From: the human T2T-CHM13v2.0 reference genome, Homo sapiens
DNA: 64,000 nt
Assembly (NCBI RefSeq): GCF_009914755.1
Contig: NC_060935.1
Strand: one strand, 5' to 3'
Shown: one piece after another, positions 14,051-28,950 of the stretch
Layout of the letters: each line of letters opens with the position of its first letter
Position numbering within the stretch: position 1 is the stretch's first letter
Translations under genes and position numbers: made by a program
Notes under the pieces: model-generated
Told to the model about the DNA's origin: nothing
Seen by the model: only the letters and a program-made list of their open reading frames with translations
The model's database searches: none

Positions 14051-16477
14051 GCTGCACCAAGTGGGGTGTCTGAGTCTACTGATCAGAGCCCTACCTGGGC
14101 TGCCAGTCCTCAGCCCAGCCTTGGGGAAGGAATCGGAGCCTCCTCATGTTCCCTGGGGGCCTCGGAGCTGTGACTGAGAATTCCAATGATCCTCCTGGCC
14201 CTTCTGAGCTTGAGCTTTCTCTCCTATAAAATAGAGCCGGCCACGCCTCTCCAGGAGAGGCCTCCGGGAGGGACTGCAAGGGATAAAACGCCAAACAAAT
14301 AGGAGCTGGTGGGAAGCTTTCGGACCCTCCTTGCAGGAATGCAGGCCATGGGAAGGCTGCCCGAGAGCAGAGCTCGAGAACTCGAAGCAAGTCAGGTGGG
14401 ATCCAGCCTCACCCTCCCCTCTCCCCCGGAGGGGCCCCCTTCCCAGAGGAGGAGAAAGCACCATAACTAACACTCGGGCTGGGGCCTCAGGGGCCTCCCA
14501 GCTGATCGGGGCAGATTTAACAGGACTTTGAAAAATAAAAAAGGTAAAACAGCAAAACAGCTGCCTGCTCCTCCCGCTGCAATAAAAATGGATTTATTTG
14601 TTCGTGGAATGAAATTTAATAACTGGTGGGAGACGAGGCGTGAACAATAATAGTTTTTTGCTCTTTCTCGTTTTGGAAGAGGGGAGAGGAGGAAGGAGGA
14701 ATGAATGGGGCCCCCCTCTGGGACACTTGGGGAAGGGGTACCCATGGGTCCACATCTTCTAGGGGTTGGTTAAGTAGACCAAGGAGGGGCTGTCTTTATT
14801 CCAGGCTCTGAAGGGTTTGACTATTCAATCCTCAGACCTCCACAGTTCACAGAGCGGCCATACTCATCTCTTTATTCTTCTCTGTGCACCTGTTGGGGAC
14901 ACCAGGCCTTTGTCTCTGTTGGGACCTCCACCTGGGGTGGCTTTTTGCCTTTGTTGTCAAAATTCTACTCATCCTTCCCCAGAGCCCCCTCAAAATAACC
15001 TCCTCTAAGGCCCCTGGTTTCCCCCAGCTGCAAACCACCCTCCCAGCCTTCCTCCCTAAGACCCTGTCAGGTACCTCTCTCTCTCAGGGAACCCACAGGG
15101 TTCCCACCCAGCACAGGCCTGTGTGGGGTACTCAGGTGCTCCCTGATTCCAGCTGGGATCCCAGACCTGCGGTCTCAATCTCTGGGCCCAGCACAGAGCA
15201 GCTCTCTAGCAATGTTTGTTGAATGAATGAATGAAACTCACGGATGGAGACCCAGTGTCTACCCTTCCCCTTAACTGGTATGGCCAGGGCTGGGGCTGGG
15301 CTGAGGCCAAGGAGAGCATTGTCCCCTTGGCCAGCTCGCCCAGGAGTCACCCTGGGGCCCATCCCAGACCAGGGGCCCACTCTGGGCAGGGTGGGAAACC
15401 TTGCCCCTTAGTTTCCTTCCCCAAATGACCGCTCTTCCCACTACAGGTTCTGTCGTATCACCTCTCCAGACCTGTTTCCCCATTTGTGAAGTGGGAACCA
15501 CAGAGCCCCCCAGCTTGGTGGTTATGGGGTGGTCATGAGACCAAGGCCCTTTGTCAAGCAGGAGGCCCTAGAGTCACAGATGGCAGGAGACTGGCCTGCC
15601 CCATCCTCCTCAGGGCCTGTGGGGCCTAAAGGCCAAGGGGTAGGGATGGATCTTTAAGGGGCATCGAGACTCACCCAGGCCAGGCTGTGGGCCGTGGGCA
15701 GTAGTGGCGAGAGCCCTGGGAGGGCGCCTCAAGAAGCAACCCCTAATCTGCCCAGTGACACTTCTAGGTCCCGGCTCTGCAGTCTGGAGAGGCCTCAGCT
15801 GCCGAGGGGAACGGGCTGGCTCCTGAGCCGCTCCAGCAGGTCGATAGCAAAACAAACGCACTATTGACCGCCGCGCGCACTAAATCCTCCCGGCAGACAA
15901 GATGATGTGAGCCCGAATCGAATCGACTGCTGAACTCATAACCGCTGGGGCCTGCCCCGGCTGGCAGCCAGGGGTGGGAGTGAGTGGGAGCTGTGGCTGG
16001 GCCTGGGGGGACTTGGGGGTCGGGAGCAGGGTCTGCTTCATCCTCAGCTGCTGTGGGATGGAGGGGCTGGTTCTGCACCCAACCCACAGATGGGTACAGG
16101 GGTGATGCCGGCCCTGGAGAGCCAGGCCCCAGAACTGTAGCAGCCTGTGGCTGCACCAGGGCGAGCCTTTGGGGGTTGCCTCTGGCAGAGGCCGTGGAAG
16201 CCAGCAATGCAGGAATCCCAGAAGCCAAAATTAGAAGGTCAGCTGATCCGGCTCATTTAAAAAAAAAAAAATAATAATTACATAACATTGGATAAATATG
16301 AAACGTACATGTGGCATTCCATAAGTTACGAGCATGATGATAAACCAGGCACCCGTGAACCCGCCACAGAAACTAATAACATAGCAGCTGCGCTGCATCC
16401 TGACGTGTGGCCTTGGCCATGTTTGCTGGGGCCTTGGTCTCCACAAACATCAGATGGGGATAACAAAGCCCCCTCGC

Positions 16478-16533
16478 CCCCATGCCCTGGTTATAGGGCT
16501 GTTCTCCCCATGCCCTGGTTATAGGGCTGTTCT
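16478..16533 (+). repeat. Perfect 28-bp tandem duplication
   Basis: CCCCATGCCCTGGTTATAGGGCTGTTCT x2. Confidence 0.9.
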
Positions 16534-19224
16534 GGGGATTAGAGGAGTTAATGTCTTAAAGCACTAGAAATACATTAAGAAGCAACTGCTTTTGGAATCT
16601 GGGGTTGATCTCTGTCTTGCTTTGTGTTGCAGCTCCACCCTGCATGTGGCTCAGTGGTCCCCAACCAGAGCGTCTGAGGGTCTGTGAACCCCGAATCCCA
16701 CATAAACCTACGTGTGGAGCAGGGGCTTTATTTTTTCTCAAAAGAGTCAGGTTCTCAAGGTGACCTTCCCCAAAGTGGAACCCTCTGATCTGTTCTAACT
16801 GCCCTGTCTTCTGAAGGGTCCTGCAGCCCAGAGAGGGGTCGGGACCCACCCACAGGCAGCCAGAGGCAGAGCCAGCAGGCCCAGCTCCTGACGGCACAGA
16901 GCCACTTGTCCCTGCTCCAGGGTGCCCAGACACATGCAAAGAGGCTGCGGAGGGGGCCAGGGACCCCCACCGTGGGTTTCTGAGGGCCACGGGGCACCAG
17001 GCACAGACTCCCAGGGCTGCCTGCTTCTGCCTAAGTTTACCCCCTCATCCGGCCATCGGTTTCTTCAGAGATACTTCTGGGTACCCGCTCTGTGCTGATG
17101 GAGCTGGCTGTGATCAACCGGCTGTCACTTAACCAGTGTCCTGTGCCCCCAGCAGACTCCCACTCCCCCATGCCCATCCTGGCTTTGCTCTGAGGCAGCC
17201 CAGACCAGACTTGGGGGTCCCAGAGACCTGTCTTTGAACCCCACTTGCAACTTCTGGCTTCTACTCTTAACTCCCTTGAGCCTTAGTTTGGGCACCTGTC
17301 AGGTGGACAGCATGAAACTGGAGGTTGGTGGAAGGATTAGCTGAGGTCCTCTGTGGCACTTACTAATTAACTTAACTAATTCAAAATTAGTGCCAGTTGC
17401 CTGCCGTGCTGAGGCCACTGGCCTGGCCCAGGTACGGCAGGTGCAGGCCAGAGCCAGCGCTGGGGGTGCACATGTACGTCTGGGCTGGGAGCCTGTGAGG
17501 TCTGGCACATCAGATGGCATGCGAGAGTGTGCGTGCGCGTGGGTTCTCGCCTCCCAAACACACTCCTTGGGGAGTAAAAGCTGGGCCTCGGCAGGGTAAA
17601 CACTGGAGCTTCCCACTGAGAAACCCAGCAGCCGCATCCAGCCCTGTGTTGGGGAGGGGGGCCCACAGCCCCCAGAGCCTTGCAGGGCCAGAGATGCAGT
17701 TGGGGACCCGGATCCAGCCCAGCCACTTAGGGGCTCTGGGGTTGAAGGGTTGGTTGGGCTGAAGGTCAGGGAGGGAGGCTGGGGCCCTGAGCCCCCAGGG
17801 TGCTTTGGAGGCCCAGGCACAAGGCAGAGGCGTCTGGCCAGGCCCTGAGTCCCCAGCATGTCTGCTCCAGGGCCACTGTCAGCCCGGCCAGCTGGGGATG
17901 GGGGTGGGGGGAATACCCCCTCCCCATTCTGGCCTTGCCTCCTCTCAAAGAAAGAGTCATCTAGAATGTCACAAGTAGACATGAAGCTGGCTCAGGGCAA
18001 TGGTCTCCTTTTATGATGGGGAAACCGAGGCAGAGAGAAAGGAGGGCTTCCCCCAAGGCCCCAGAATGCAGTTCGTGGGGTTCTTTCCTCTTTCTCAGGT
18101 GTGAGGCTCATGAGGAAGGTTTCCCCACCTTTCCTAGCTGCCGAGCTCCTATGCATTCTGCAAGGTCCCGCTCTGGGAGGATTTCCCAACCACTGCCCTC
18201 TCACCTCTGCAGTTTCTAATAGCAGCTTCCTGTGCTGAGCTCCAGGGGTGTGGTCCACCCACAGGATCCCACGTGACCCTAGGAACAGCCGTGGGAGGGA
18301 GGACCTGTCATGTTATAGATGAGGAACAGAGCTCAGAGAGGTTCAGTTTCTGGCCTAAGGTCACGCAGCAAATAACGTGTGGAGAAGCAATTCCGATGTC
18401 ACCTCCATGTCCCCGCAGGCCCTCCGTGGCAGCCCTTCTCCCATTGCTGAACTGGGCTTTCCCCAAGGGGGGCTGTGCCCTTACAGCATGTCCAAGTAGT
18501 GGGACCCCCTTTATCCCAGGAGCTAGATACCACCAAACTGCCCTGTGGGTCCCTGAGCTGCTGCCCCAGAGGCCCAGGGGTGACCAGGCTCCAGGCTTCT
18601 CATGAAACAAGCAGGTTATTGAATGGAGTCACTCCCCAGTTCCTGGGGCTTGGGGTGGGGAAGCCTGTGGCCTGCCTGGTGAGCTCTGACCTCACTCCAG
18701 GATCCTGAACATGCCCCTTTCCATCTGGGAGCCTCCTGCAGGGTCAGGGAGATGCCACCCTGGGGCAAAAGGGGTCACTTCCCATTAAATCAGTTGGGCT
18801 CCTGACCACTGTACCCCTCTCCTTAAGGTTGAAAAGGGAGGTCCAGGAATTCAAGACCCCACCCTAGCCACCTGTGTGCGGACAGGGGGTTCTGGCTTTG
18901 GGGAAGGCCTGGGCTCCACTGTGGCTTCAGGAAGCACCTTGGTCTCTCTGGGCCTCTTTCTCTCACTTGGAGAAAACGGTTGGTGAGGCTGACCCCACAG
19001 GGCAGCGCATGAGGGTCTGAGGCCATGAGCCTGGACCATTCTGATCCACATGCCAGCTCCAGCCTCTCAGGGACTCCTGGACCATGTCTAGATAGGCTGG
19101 GACCTGCCTGGCTGGCCCTTGGCCCCTCCCTCCAGGTGACATCCCATCACCCTGTTTAGACAGAAGTCATCTTTCTGGGTCTAAACCGTTCCCTGGGCAC
19201 TATCCCAAGCTTGACACTTTATAC

Positions 19225-19360
19225 CCATCATTTCTTCATTGCAATCCAATATTGTTTCCATTTTACAGATGGAAGCAACCGAAGCTCAGAGAGGCTAAAT
19301 AACTTCCCCAAAGCTGCCCAGCTAGTAGGTGGCAGGGCCCCAGCTGGGCTCAAACCGAGG
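19225..19360 (-). mobile_element. MIR
   Basis: ccattttacagatggaagcaaccgaagctcagagaggctaaataacttccccaa..gctagtaggtggcagggcc. Confidence 0.7.
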
Positions 19361-19513
19361 GAACAGGCAGAGGTGGAGGGATGATCTGGCCTGCTGCCCT
19401 CCTTCCCTCAGCAGCCAGATCCTTGTCCCATTCCATCCTGATATGGAGTGACAACCTACACAGCTCTGGCTGAGAAGAAGGGGGACCCCGAATCTGGCCC
19501 TGGCTGCTGCTGC

Positions 19514-19848
<335 letters not shown>

Positions 19849-20269
19849 TGAAGGAAGCCCTGGTTCCAAGTCGCTCTCTCAATCCCTCCTTCCCACAGCC
19901 TCCTGGTGGATCCAGCCTGCAGCCAGAGGCCTCTCCCTCAAGCACAGGCTGGCCCTGCCAGTCACCTGCCCCTGCCCTGACCCCAGCGACCTTCCCAGCT
20001 CCCAACACATCACCCTTCCCTTGCTGTGCTCCTGCCCCTCCATCTCACCATGCAGGGTCCTGCTTCCTTAGCAAGACCCTCCAGCCCTCACCAGGTGCCC
20101 CCATGACCCTCCACTGCATGGGTCAAAAGACCCCACATGCCATGCTCTGACTTGGGGTTAGGGACAGGGACAGGTCTGGAGTCTCCCTGGTGCCCAGAGC
20201 AGCCTGGAGACCGTGATTGTCTCCAGTGCCCACAGCAGTGCTTGGCACATCACAGGTGGTCAACTGTAC

Positions 20270-20328
20270 TGGATGGATGGATGGACGGATGGATGGACGG
20301 ACGGACGAATGGATGGATGGACGGATGA
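20270..20328 (+). repeat. (GGAT/GGAC)n microsatellite
   Basis: Directly visible; follows an L2-like 3' end (cagtgcttggcacatcacaggtggtcaa). Confidence 0.9.
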
Positions 20329-23300
20329 TGTCTCATCTGTGCCGGGCCCTGTGCTGGCACTGGGGTCTGGAGACATAGTTGCTTCTCTAAGTTCTCGGCC
20401 AGAGAACTTAGTCATCCTCACAACAGCCTTATTGGACAGATACTATCATTATCTCCATTTTCCAGAGGAGGAAGCTGAGGCACAGAGAGAGACGAAATCG
20501 CCTAAGAACACACAGCTCAGAAAGAGGTTGGTCCTCCATGTTTTCAGGAGCCGGAGGTTTGATCCAGGACAACACTGCGATGAGCATGTTGTTGTTGGCA
20601 GAGCTAGCTAAGGTGGGACCCAGGCTCTGGGCTCCCGTCCCTCCTACTGCGTGAGCAGCCCCCCGGTCCTCCTGCAAGCCTCTTCCTGCCTCCATCCCTT
20701 GCCTTCCCAAGCTGCCACACTTACTCATCGGCTTGGGGCTAAGACTTCTTCATGTGGAAGGGATCAGCACGGAGAGAATTTTCACAGCTGGGTTATCACC
20801 TCCTAAAAATAGGGCTGAGTGACGGATGGGAGCTGTCGCTAGGCCCTTGAGCTGTGGGGAGTAGATGGGAGGGAGGGAGATAGGGCAGGGTAGGGGGGTC
20901 CACAGACCCCAGACCCCACAGGCCTCAGCCCAGTGCCCTCCACCTCAGTCCAGCCTCGGGTAGGCCTGAACCCCTTCTCCCTGATGATGGAGAAACTGTT
21001 CTGCAGCTGAGGTCTTCAGAACTGGGTCTGAGCCTCCAGGAGGAGATACCTGGAAAGGCACCAGCCACAGGGACCCAGTGATTCATTTGCCCAACAGGTA
21101 CCCCAGGCGGCCAGCTGGAAATGTTTGCATCCAGGGGGTCAGGGAGGCCAGCACCATCTCTCAGGGGCTGTGCTTCCAGAAGCAATGTCTGGGAATTGGG
21201 GGCCCCTGTCACGGGGCTGCCCTGCCCTCTGTCCCTCCCCAGCTGTGCCCCGTCCTCGGATTTTCCCCCCAAGCTTCTTGGTTTTTAAAGACCCATCAGC
21301 CTTGCCTCAGGACCCAGGTACTGATGGGCATTTGTGGAGACAGACTAGGCTGCAGGCCGCATGTGGGAAGGTGAGGGGCGGGGCAGGGGGGGTCCCTCAC
21401 TCCCAGTGCACATGTGCACACATTCCACCTAGACACAGACTGACGGGCACACACGAACAGAACTCATAGATGGACGCTCAGAGGCACATGCTGGCACACC
21501 CCCACCTGCCGTGCCCCCTTGTTGTCTGGGAGCATCAGCATTCAAACAGGTCTCAGGGGGTCACTACCCCTCACTGCATTGCCGAGGGAGGAGTCCCCAG
21601 CCCGTGGCTGGACTGGGCCCTGGCTGGGCCTCCGGCCGCCGCTCGGACATTTGGGCAAGGAGTCTCCTTTGGCTATGGGTGGGCTTCAGGAGCCCAGGGC
21701 CCCCTGATTGGTGGCAACAGCAGATATGTTTAGGCCCTTAGACCCTCTGGGGACTGTGGCCTGCAGCCAGCTAAGCCCTGATGGGCCCGTGCTCAGCCTG
21801 GCCTCCTTTCCCCTGCCTCCTCCTCAGCGGGGGTCCCAGACGCTCTCCCCGTGCCCAAGGCCCAGGCATCGGGCACAGGGAGGTACAGCAGCTCTGGGAA
21901 TGGCCTTCCCTTTCACAGTCACACTGCCCTGCGCACCTGCCGGCTTGGGGCTGCAGGCAGCACTCCTTTCCTTCCTCTCAACCTCAACCCTCCTTGTGCC
22001 CAGCTCTGTGCCCGCCCCAGAGATGCAGAAAGAACTGGCCATGCCCATGCCCAGTAGGACGTGCCCTCCAGAAGGGAGGTGGGCAGGTGTGCTCTCAGCA
22101 CAGGTCCCAGGCATGAGACCCCTGCCCTGGCCTCTTCTCCAGCCTGGACCCCTGCCTGCAGGCCTGCCTCCCCTCCCAGTCCCTGGCCCGTCTGCGTTCA
22201 GCAGCTGCTCTCAGGGGGCTGAACGGCTGCAGAATTACAATATTAAATGCAGCTGCACCGAAACATGGCCTCAATCCAATTACGCCAGGAAACAAGAGGA
22301 GCCACTTAGGCTAATCTGGTTATTCCACCCCGGCCTCCCCTTGCAGCATCGGAGGGATACCCGGGAGGGGAGCTGTCTGGGTGGGCAGTGGTGTGAGCGC
22401 GGCCCTGTGCCCCACAGGGTCCCATGGGGGGTGGCCACAGGATTGCCTGGCCCTCTCCTGAGGTGATCATGGCTCCTGCATCCTTGTCCTACAAATATGT
22501 GCTCTTCACCGAGCTTTGAGGTGCCCCAGCAGCAAAGGGGGAGCCAGGCTTTGCCCTCAGGGAGGGCACCCCAAGCTGGGGAGACAGGCCACAAGGAAAC
22601 CCAAAAGACGGGTGACTGCAGGGGGGGAGGCCTCTCTGAGCAGGGGGTGTGGGGGCAGGGGCCAGCTTGAGGACACATAGCTGGCCGTGGAGACTGTCTC
22701 GGCAGAGGGGACAGCGAGAACTCAGAGTGGGAGTTTGGCAGGTTCCAGGACATATCTTTATGCCAGTGCGGTTAAGGGTGGTGAATGGCGGAGACAGAGG
22801 TCTGTAGACTCCGACAAGGAACATGGATTTGTTCTGAGGGGAGGGTGGTGATGGGACTGGGTTCCCAGGGGCTTGCTGAGCCGCTGTGCGGACAGACCGG
22901 GGGCGGTGGGGAGGCGCTGCTGTCTCCTGGCAAGAGATGGTGCAGTGGGGGGCGGTGGACGGGAGGGAGGGAGGTGGTTGGATTCATTGGATTTGGAAAG
23001 GACTTGCTGACGACTGTGTGTGGGATGAGGGAAGAGGGTGTGTAGGGAGCCCCACGGCCCCTTCCTGCTCTGGCATGTGGCTTGAGGGGTCACAGGGGCT
23101 CCCACCTGTGCTGTGTGCAGCTGGCGCTGCAGATGCCTCTGGGAATGAGACAGACAGGGGTCTGCCCTCTGGGAGGTTACGGTTAAAGGGGAGACAGATT
23201 TGGAGCAAGGGATGATAGGAGGGAAGGGGGTCGTTGGGGATGGGGGGGTGTGCGAAGACAGTGGGTGTTGAAGCCAAGATCCAAGAAATGAGCAGCCGGG

Positions 23301-23778
23301 CACGCAGGGGCAGGAATGGGGCAGGGATGAGAACTGTGCCTTAAGCAGTCACCAGCAAATGCAAAGGCTTGGAGGTGAGAGAGACCGCAGCCGCCACGGG
23401 CACAGAGAGGAGTCCAGGGTCCTGGGCGTGGGGTGGGAGATGGGCTAGACGGAGGCAGAGTTGGGCCTAGAGGCCCCTCACTCAAAGCCTGTGGGAGCAG
23501 AGACCCCTGGAGGAGGTGTGGTTGGGGAAAGGAAGGACTGGGGATTGGGTTCAGGGAGAGAGTGGGGCGCACGCTCAGAGAAATGTGGAGTGGAGGTAAG
23601 GAGGGAGAAGAAGGCACTTCCATCTGGAGGTACAGCTGGGTCTGGGGACCACTTGGACCCCAGGAAGGAGCCACAGGGAGCCAGCAACAGCTCCAGAGTG
23701 AGGGAGTACCAAGACAGAAGCTTGTCTTCAGTCGTAAATGAGGGAGGCAGGGTTGTATCACAGGAAGGGACAAACTGA

Positions 23779-24327
<549 letters not shown>

Positions 24328-24858
24328 GCCTCAGGTTTATCATTTGTAAAGTAGGGACAAAAATAAGCACCTAAATCAAAGAGAGGTGGCGAGGGTTGAA
24401 CACAAGACACCCAGTACAGTGCTCAACACGTAGGCGTTCAGCAAGGGAGGGTTACGTTTATGATACAGTTACGTTTATGAGCCTCCCCTCCCTGCATCCA
24501 CTACACAGACCTCAACTACTGAGGACCTCTCAGACCCAGGACCGGGGAAGGAGGACGTGCAGAGGGGACAGGCCCCCGGCTGGATCCAGGGGTGGCTTTT
24601 AGAGCCAGTGGTGCTCAGAGAGGACCAGCAGTGTCCTCGGGCTCAGTGATGGGAGAACTCTTGGGGTGATGGGGAGGGAAGAGGCACCCTGAGCAGCCAT
24701 CAGTGGCTGTTTCTGGCACTGAGGACTCGGGCTGCAGGCAGACCTTGAGAGAATCCCCACTGCTCCTGAAGTCCCTCCAGTCTGTTGGAATTATGTGACA
24801 TTGTTGAAGTCTGTTTAATGAGGGGACATTCTGCCATCTTCCCCCAAGGTTACACTTC

Positions 24859-25346
<488 letters not shown>

Positions 25347-26924
25347 TGAACATCAGTGTAACACCCCCCCGACCCCATCGCAAACCACACATATCATGGG
25401 TATTATCAGAGCGGCTGAAGGCACAGGCCAAAGACAGGGAGCAAGGTGAGGAAGGGGACCACTCTGGGTGTAGACTCTGGTATTCAGTCGGCGCCCCATA
25501 CATGCTTTTCTGCTTGAACCATGCAGGTGAGGGCGTGTGGCTGAAGCCTGTTCCTGCTTGGGGGTTGGCCACACAGCATCCCAACTCCAGGTCCAGAGCC
25601 GAGCCTGACAGCCCTCCTCCACTGCCTCCTGGAGCTGCCGGAGAGAGGTCCGGGTCCGTTCTCCCCAATTCACAGACATGAAGACTGAGGCCATGGTTCC
25701 AGTGGCTGCTCGGTGGTGGGGCTGGAGCTTGGCAGCATCCTGCAGCCCTCTGGACTCCCGGCTCTCGAGTGCCGCGTTCTACCTGCTGTGTTCTAAATGG
25801 ACATGCCATCCCCACAGCTGTGTCAATAAAGCAGCCATTTACAGAGCGGGCGCCGGATCCCGTGACAGGTTGAAAAGTGTGTGAGCTGCAGCGTCCTGGG
25901 CTGGGGCAGAGGGGCCGTGGCGAGAACAGATGGGGCTGTGCCCATCTCCCCAGGCCCTCCTGTGGCTGCGCCTGGAGCCTCCCGGGAGGGAGGCCAGAGC
26001 CAGGAGCAGGCCAGAGCCAGGAGCAGGCGCGAAACATCCCTTAAATATTGGTGCTCTCGGCAGCACTGGGCCCCTGCTTAGCAGAGGATGGCTGAGCCTG
26101 GGGGGTGGAGAAAATCTTGCCTCCTGCTCTGAGCAGCCAGCAGAGACGCTGGGTGGAGGATGATCCGGGGGGACCGTGGAAGGCAGGACGGGGGCCAGGA
26201 GCATGGCTGGAGTGATTGATGGCTGGGAGGGAGCCTGAAGTGGGGGCGTCCTAAGGTGAGGGGCAGGCAGGTGAGGGGCTTGAGGGCAGGGCTGAGGGAC
26301 TGAGGGCCAGGCTGGGGCCAAGAGCTGGTCCCAGGGGGTGAAACAAGGCTCGGTGCCTAACGGTGGTGGCCGTGGGAGTCAGAGCTCCAGGCGGAAGTAG
26401 GGTTCAGATTCAGGTGAAGCTTAGGGGTCCCTGGGCTGAAGACGGAACCTCTGAGTGCAGGCACCAGGTGGGAGGGTGGGGACCCCCAGCCTGGAGCCCC
26501 AGACCCCTGTCCTGCTCCACCCTGCAGGCCCCTGGGTCTCACACAAGGAATGTGGAGCATCCTCCTGAGAGGACTCAGAGGGGATTCCTGGGCCTTGGCA
26601 TTTGGGACCCCTGAAAGTCACCTGCTCCCATTTCCCCTGTTTCCCTCAGCTCAGACATCACCACGACCCACAGGGCACCAGACACCGAGGTAGGCAGGGC
26701 TGTGCCTGCTCCAGCCCAGGGCCCCCTGCCTCTCTGCCCTCATCTGTCCCTGCCCTGACCTCTCTCTGCCTTCCTTCCTCGTCACAGCAGCTGCCGTGTG
26801 CCATTGGCACCTCCTGTGTGCCAAGTGCTGGCTTAGTCTCCCCTGGCGTTTTCTCATATCCCATTAACAACCCACCCAGTGGGTATCATCATCCCCATTT
26901 CACAGGTGAGGAAACTGAGGCTCA

Positions 26925-27389
<465 letters not shown>

Positions 27390-28849
27390 TTATGTTGTAT
27401 TTCTGTAAGCTGCCACAAATCCTTTCGAGAACGAGCCGGGAATAAATAAATAAGCATGTAAGTGAGTAATGAGAGGCCGCAGTGAGATGCCAACGCCGGG
27501 TCAGAGCTAGGACCTGGTTATCAAAATAGGAATGGGACTCACCAGACTGGCTCCAGGTCTTCTGCTAGTGTGTGGAATGGGGGTTCGGTGACTCCTGAAG
27601 GGCCCCAGCCCCAAATTCCCAAGGTCAAGGGGTGAGTCAGCAGGGGTTGGCATCAACAGACCGACGGATCTGCCAGGGCCGGTGAGGGGCGCTGACCTGG
27701 GGGGTGCTGGGCGAGTGTGAGCAGCGTGCAGGCGGGCGTGCGGCCGGCCCCGTGGGCAGGGGCACATATGCGGCAGCCCGGCGCTGCTGTGGGCTGACAT
27801 GAAGAGTGTCATTTACACAACTGGAACACGTGCTGGGTTCCGGCCTAACTTTCACTGGTCCCTCAGGAGGCGGAGCTGGTGGTGAGGCAGAGACTGAGGT
27901 TTCCATAGTGTGTCCCTGCCATCCTGCACACGGGCCTGTGTGTGCATCTATGAGCGTGTGCGTGTAGGTATACCTGTACATGAGTGCATGGCACGCGCGA
28001 CTTCTGCAGTCTTGGAGGATGCTGCCTCCCCCTCCTCTCAGCCCCCTCCCAGGCCTGGGGCAAAGCAGTGACAGGGACTCAGCCTCCAAAGGTGACACGG
28101 CTATTTCCATGCCTGGATCCTGGCCAGAGGCAGCAGGAACACATGTGTGAGAGTGGGGGATGCCTGTCCCCCAGCCTCGAGGAGCCCCTGCCACGTGCTC
28201 TGCCCACGTGCATTTCCTGCTCTGCCCCCGCTGCCTGAGCTGCCTACCTTTCCCGCGAAGCCCCCTCCCTGCACTGTGGGCAGGCGCTGTGGAGGCAGCA
28301 GCAAAGAGGCAGCGAGGGTGGGAGGACAGTGAGCCTTGGGGTCACGGGGCCTGGGCTTGGGTCATCGCTGCTGCAGGCCTGAGGCAGTTTCTTTGCCTCT
28401 CTGAGCCTCACTTTCCTTCTCTGTAAAATGGGTGGACAGTACCCACTTAGGACAGCGCCTAGAAGGGACCCAGCGCATGGCAGTGGGGTCAAAGAGTGAT
28501 GGGCAGGTTGGGCAGGGCCAGTCAGGAGGGAGCAGGGCTGTCCACGTGCCCGTGCTGCTTTGGCTCAGCCCTAGGCCACACCTCGTGCCTTGGTGACCCC
28601 AGCATTCTCCCTCACCCGCCAGCCCAGACTGGGCAACCAAGAACCGTAGCCCCAAGGTCCAAAGAGGTAATGCCCCGGCCCGGGAGGGGCGCAAGACCAC
28701 AGGACTCACAGGGAGAGCTGCGTGTGTGGGGGCTCTGCAGTCCCCCTGCTCCCTCCAGCCAGCCTTGGTGCTGCCCTCCCACAACAAGGGTTTCCGTCTA
28801 TGGGGAGGCCACATGCAGACACAGTTCTAACTCTGCCTTACTATAACAA

Positions 28850-28950
28850 TGGGTCCTATTATCCCCATTTTACAGATAAAGAAACTGAGGCTCAGAGAGG
28901 TTCAGTCATTGCACAGATCCCCCAACATATCAGTAGGTTTCAAGCCCATG
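28850..28950 (-). mobile_element. MIR
   Basis: attatccccattttacagataaagaaactgaggctcagagagg. Confidence 0.75.

Noticed and set aside
28437-28460. REST/RE1-like site (ACAGTACC-6 nt-GGACAGCGCC)
   Set aside because: Only the right half is good; the left half has mismatches, the spacing is non-canonical and it lies at a MIR edge.
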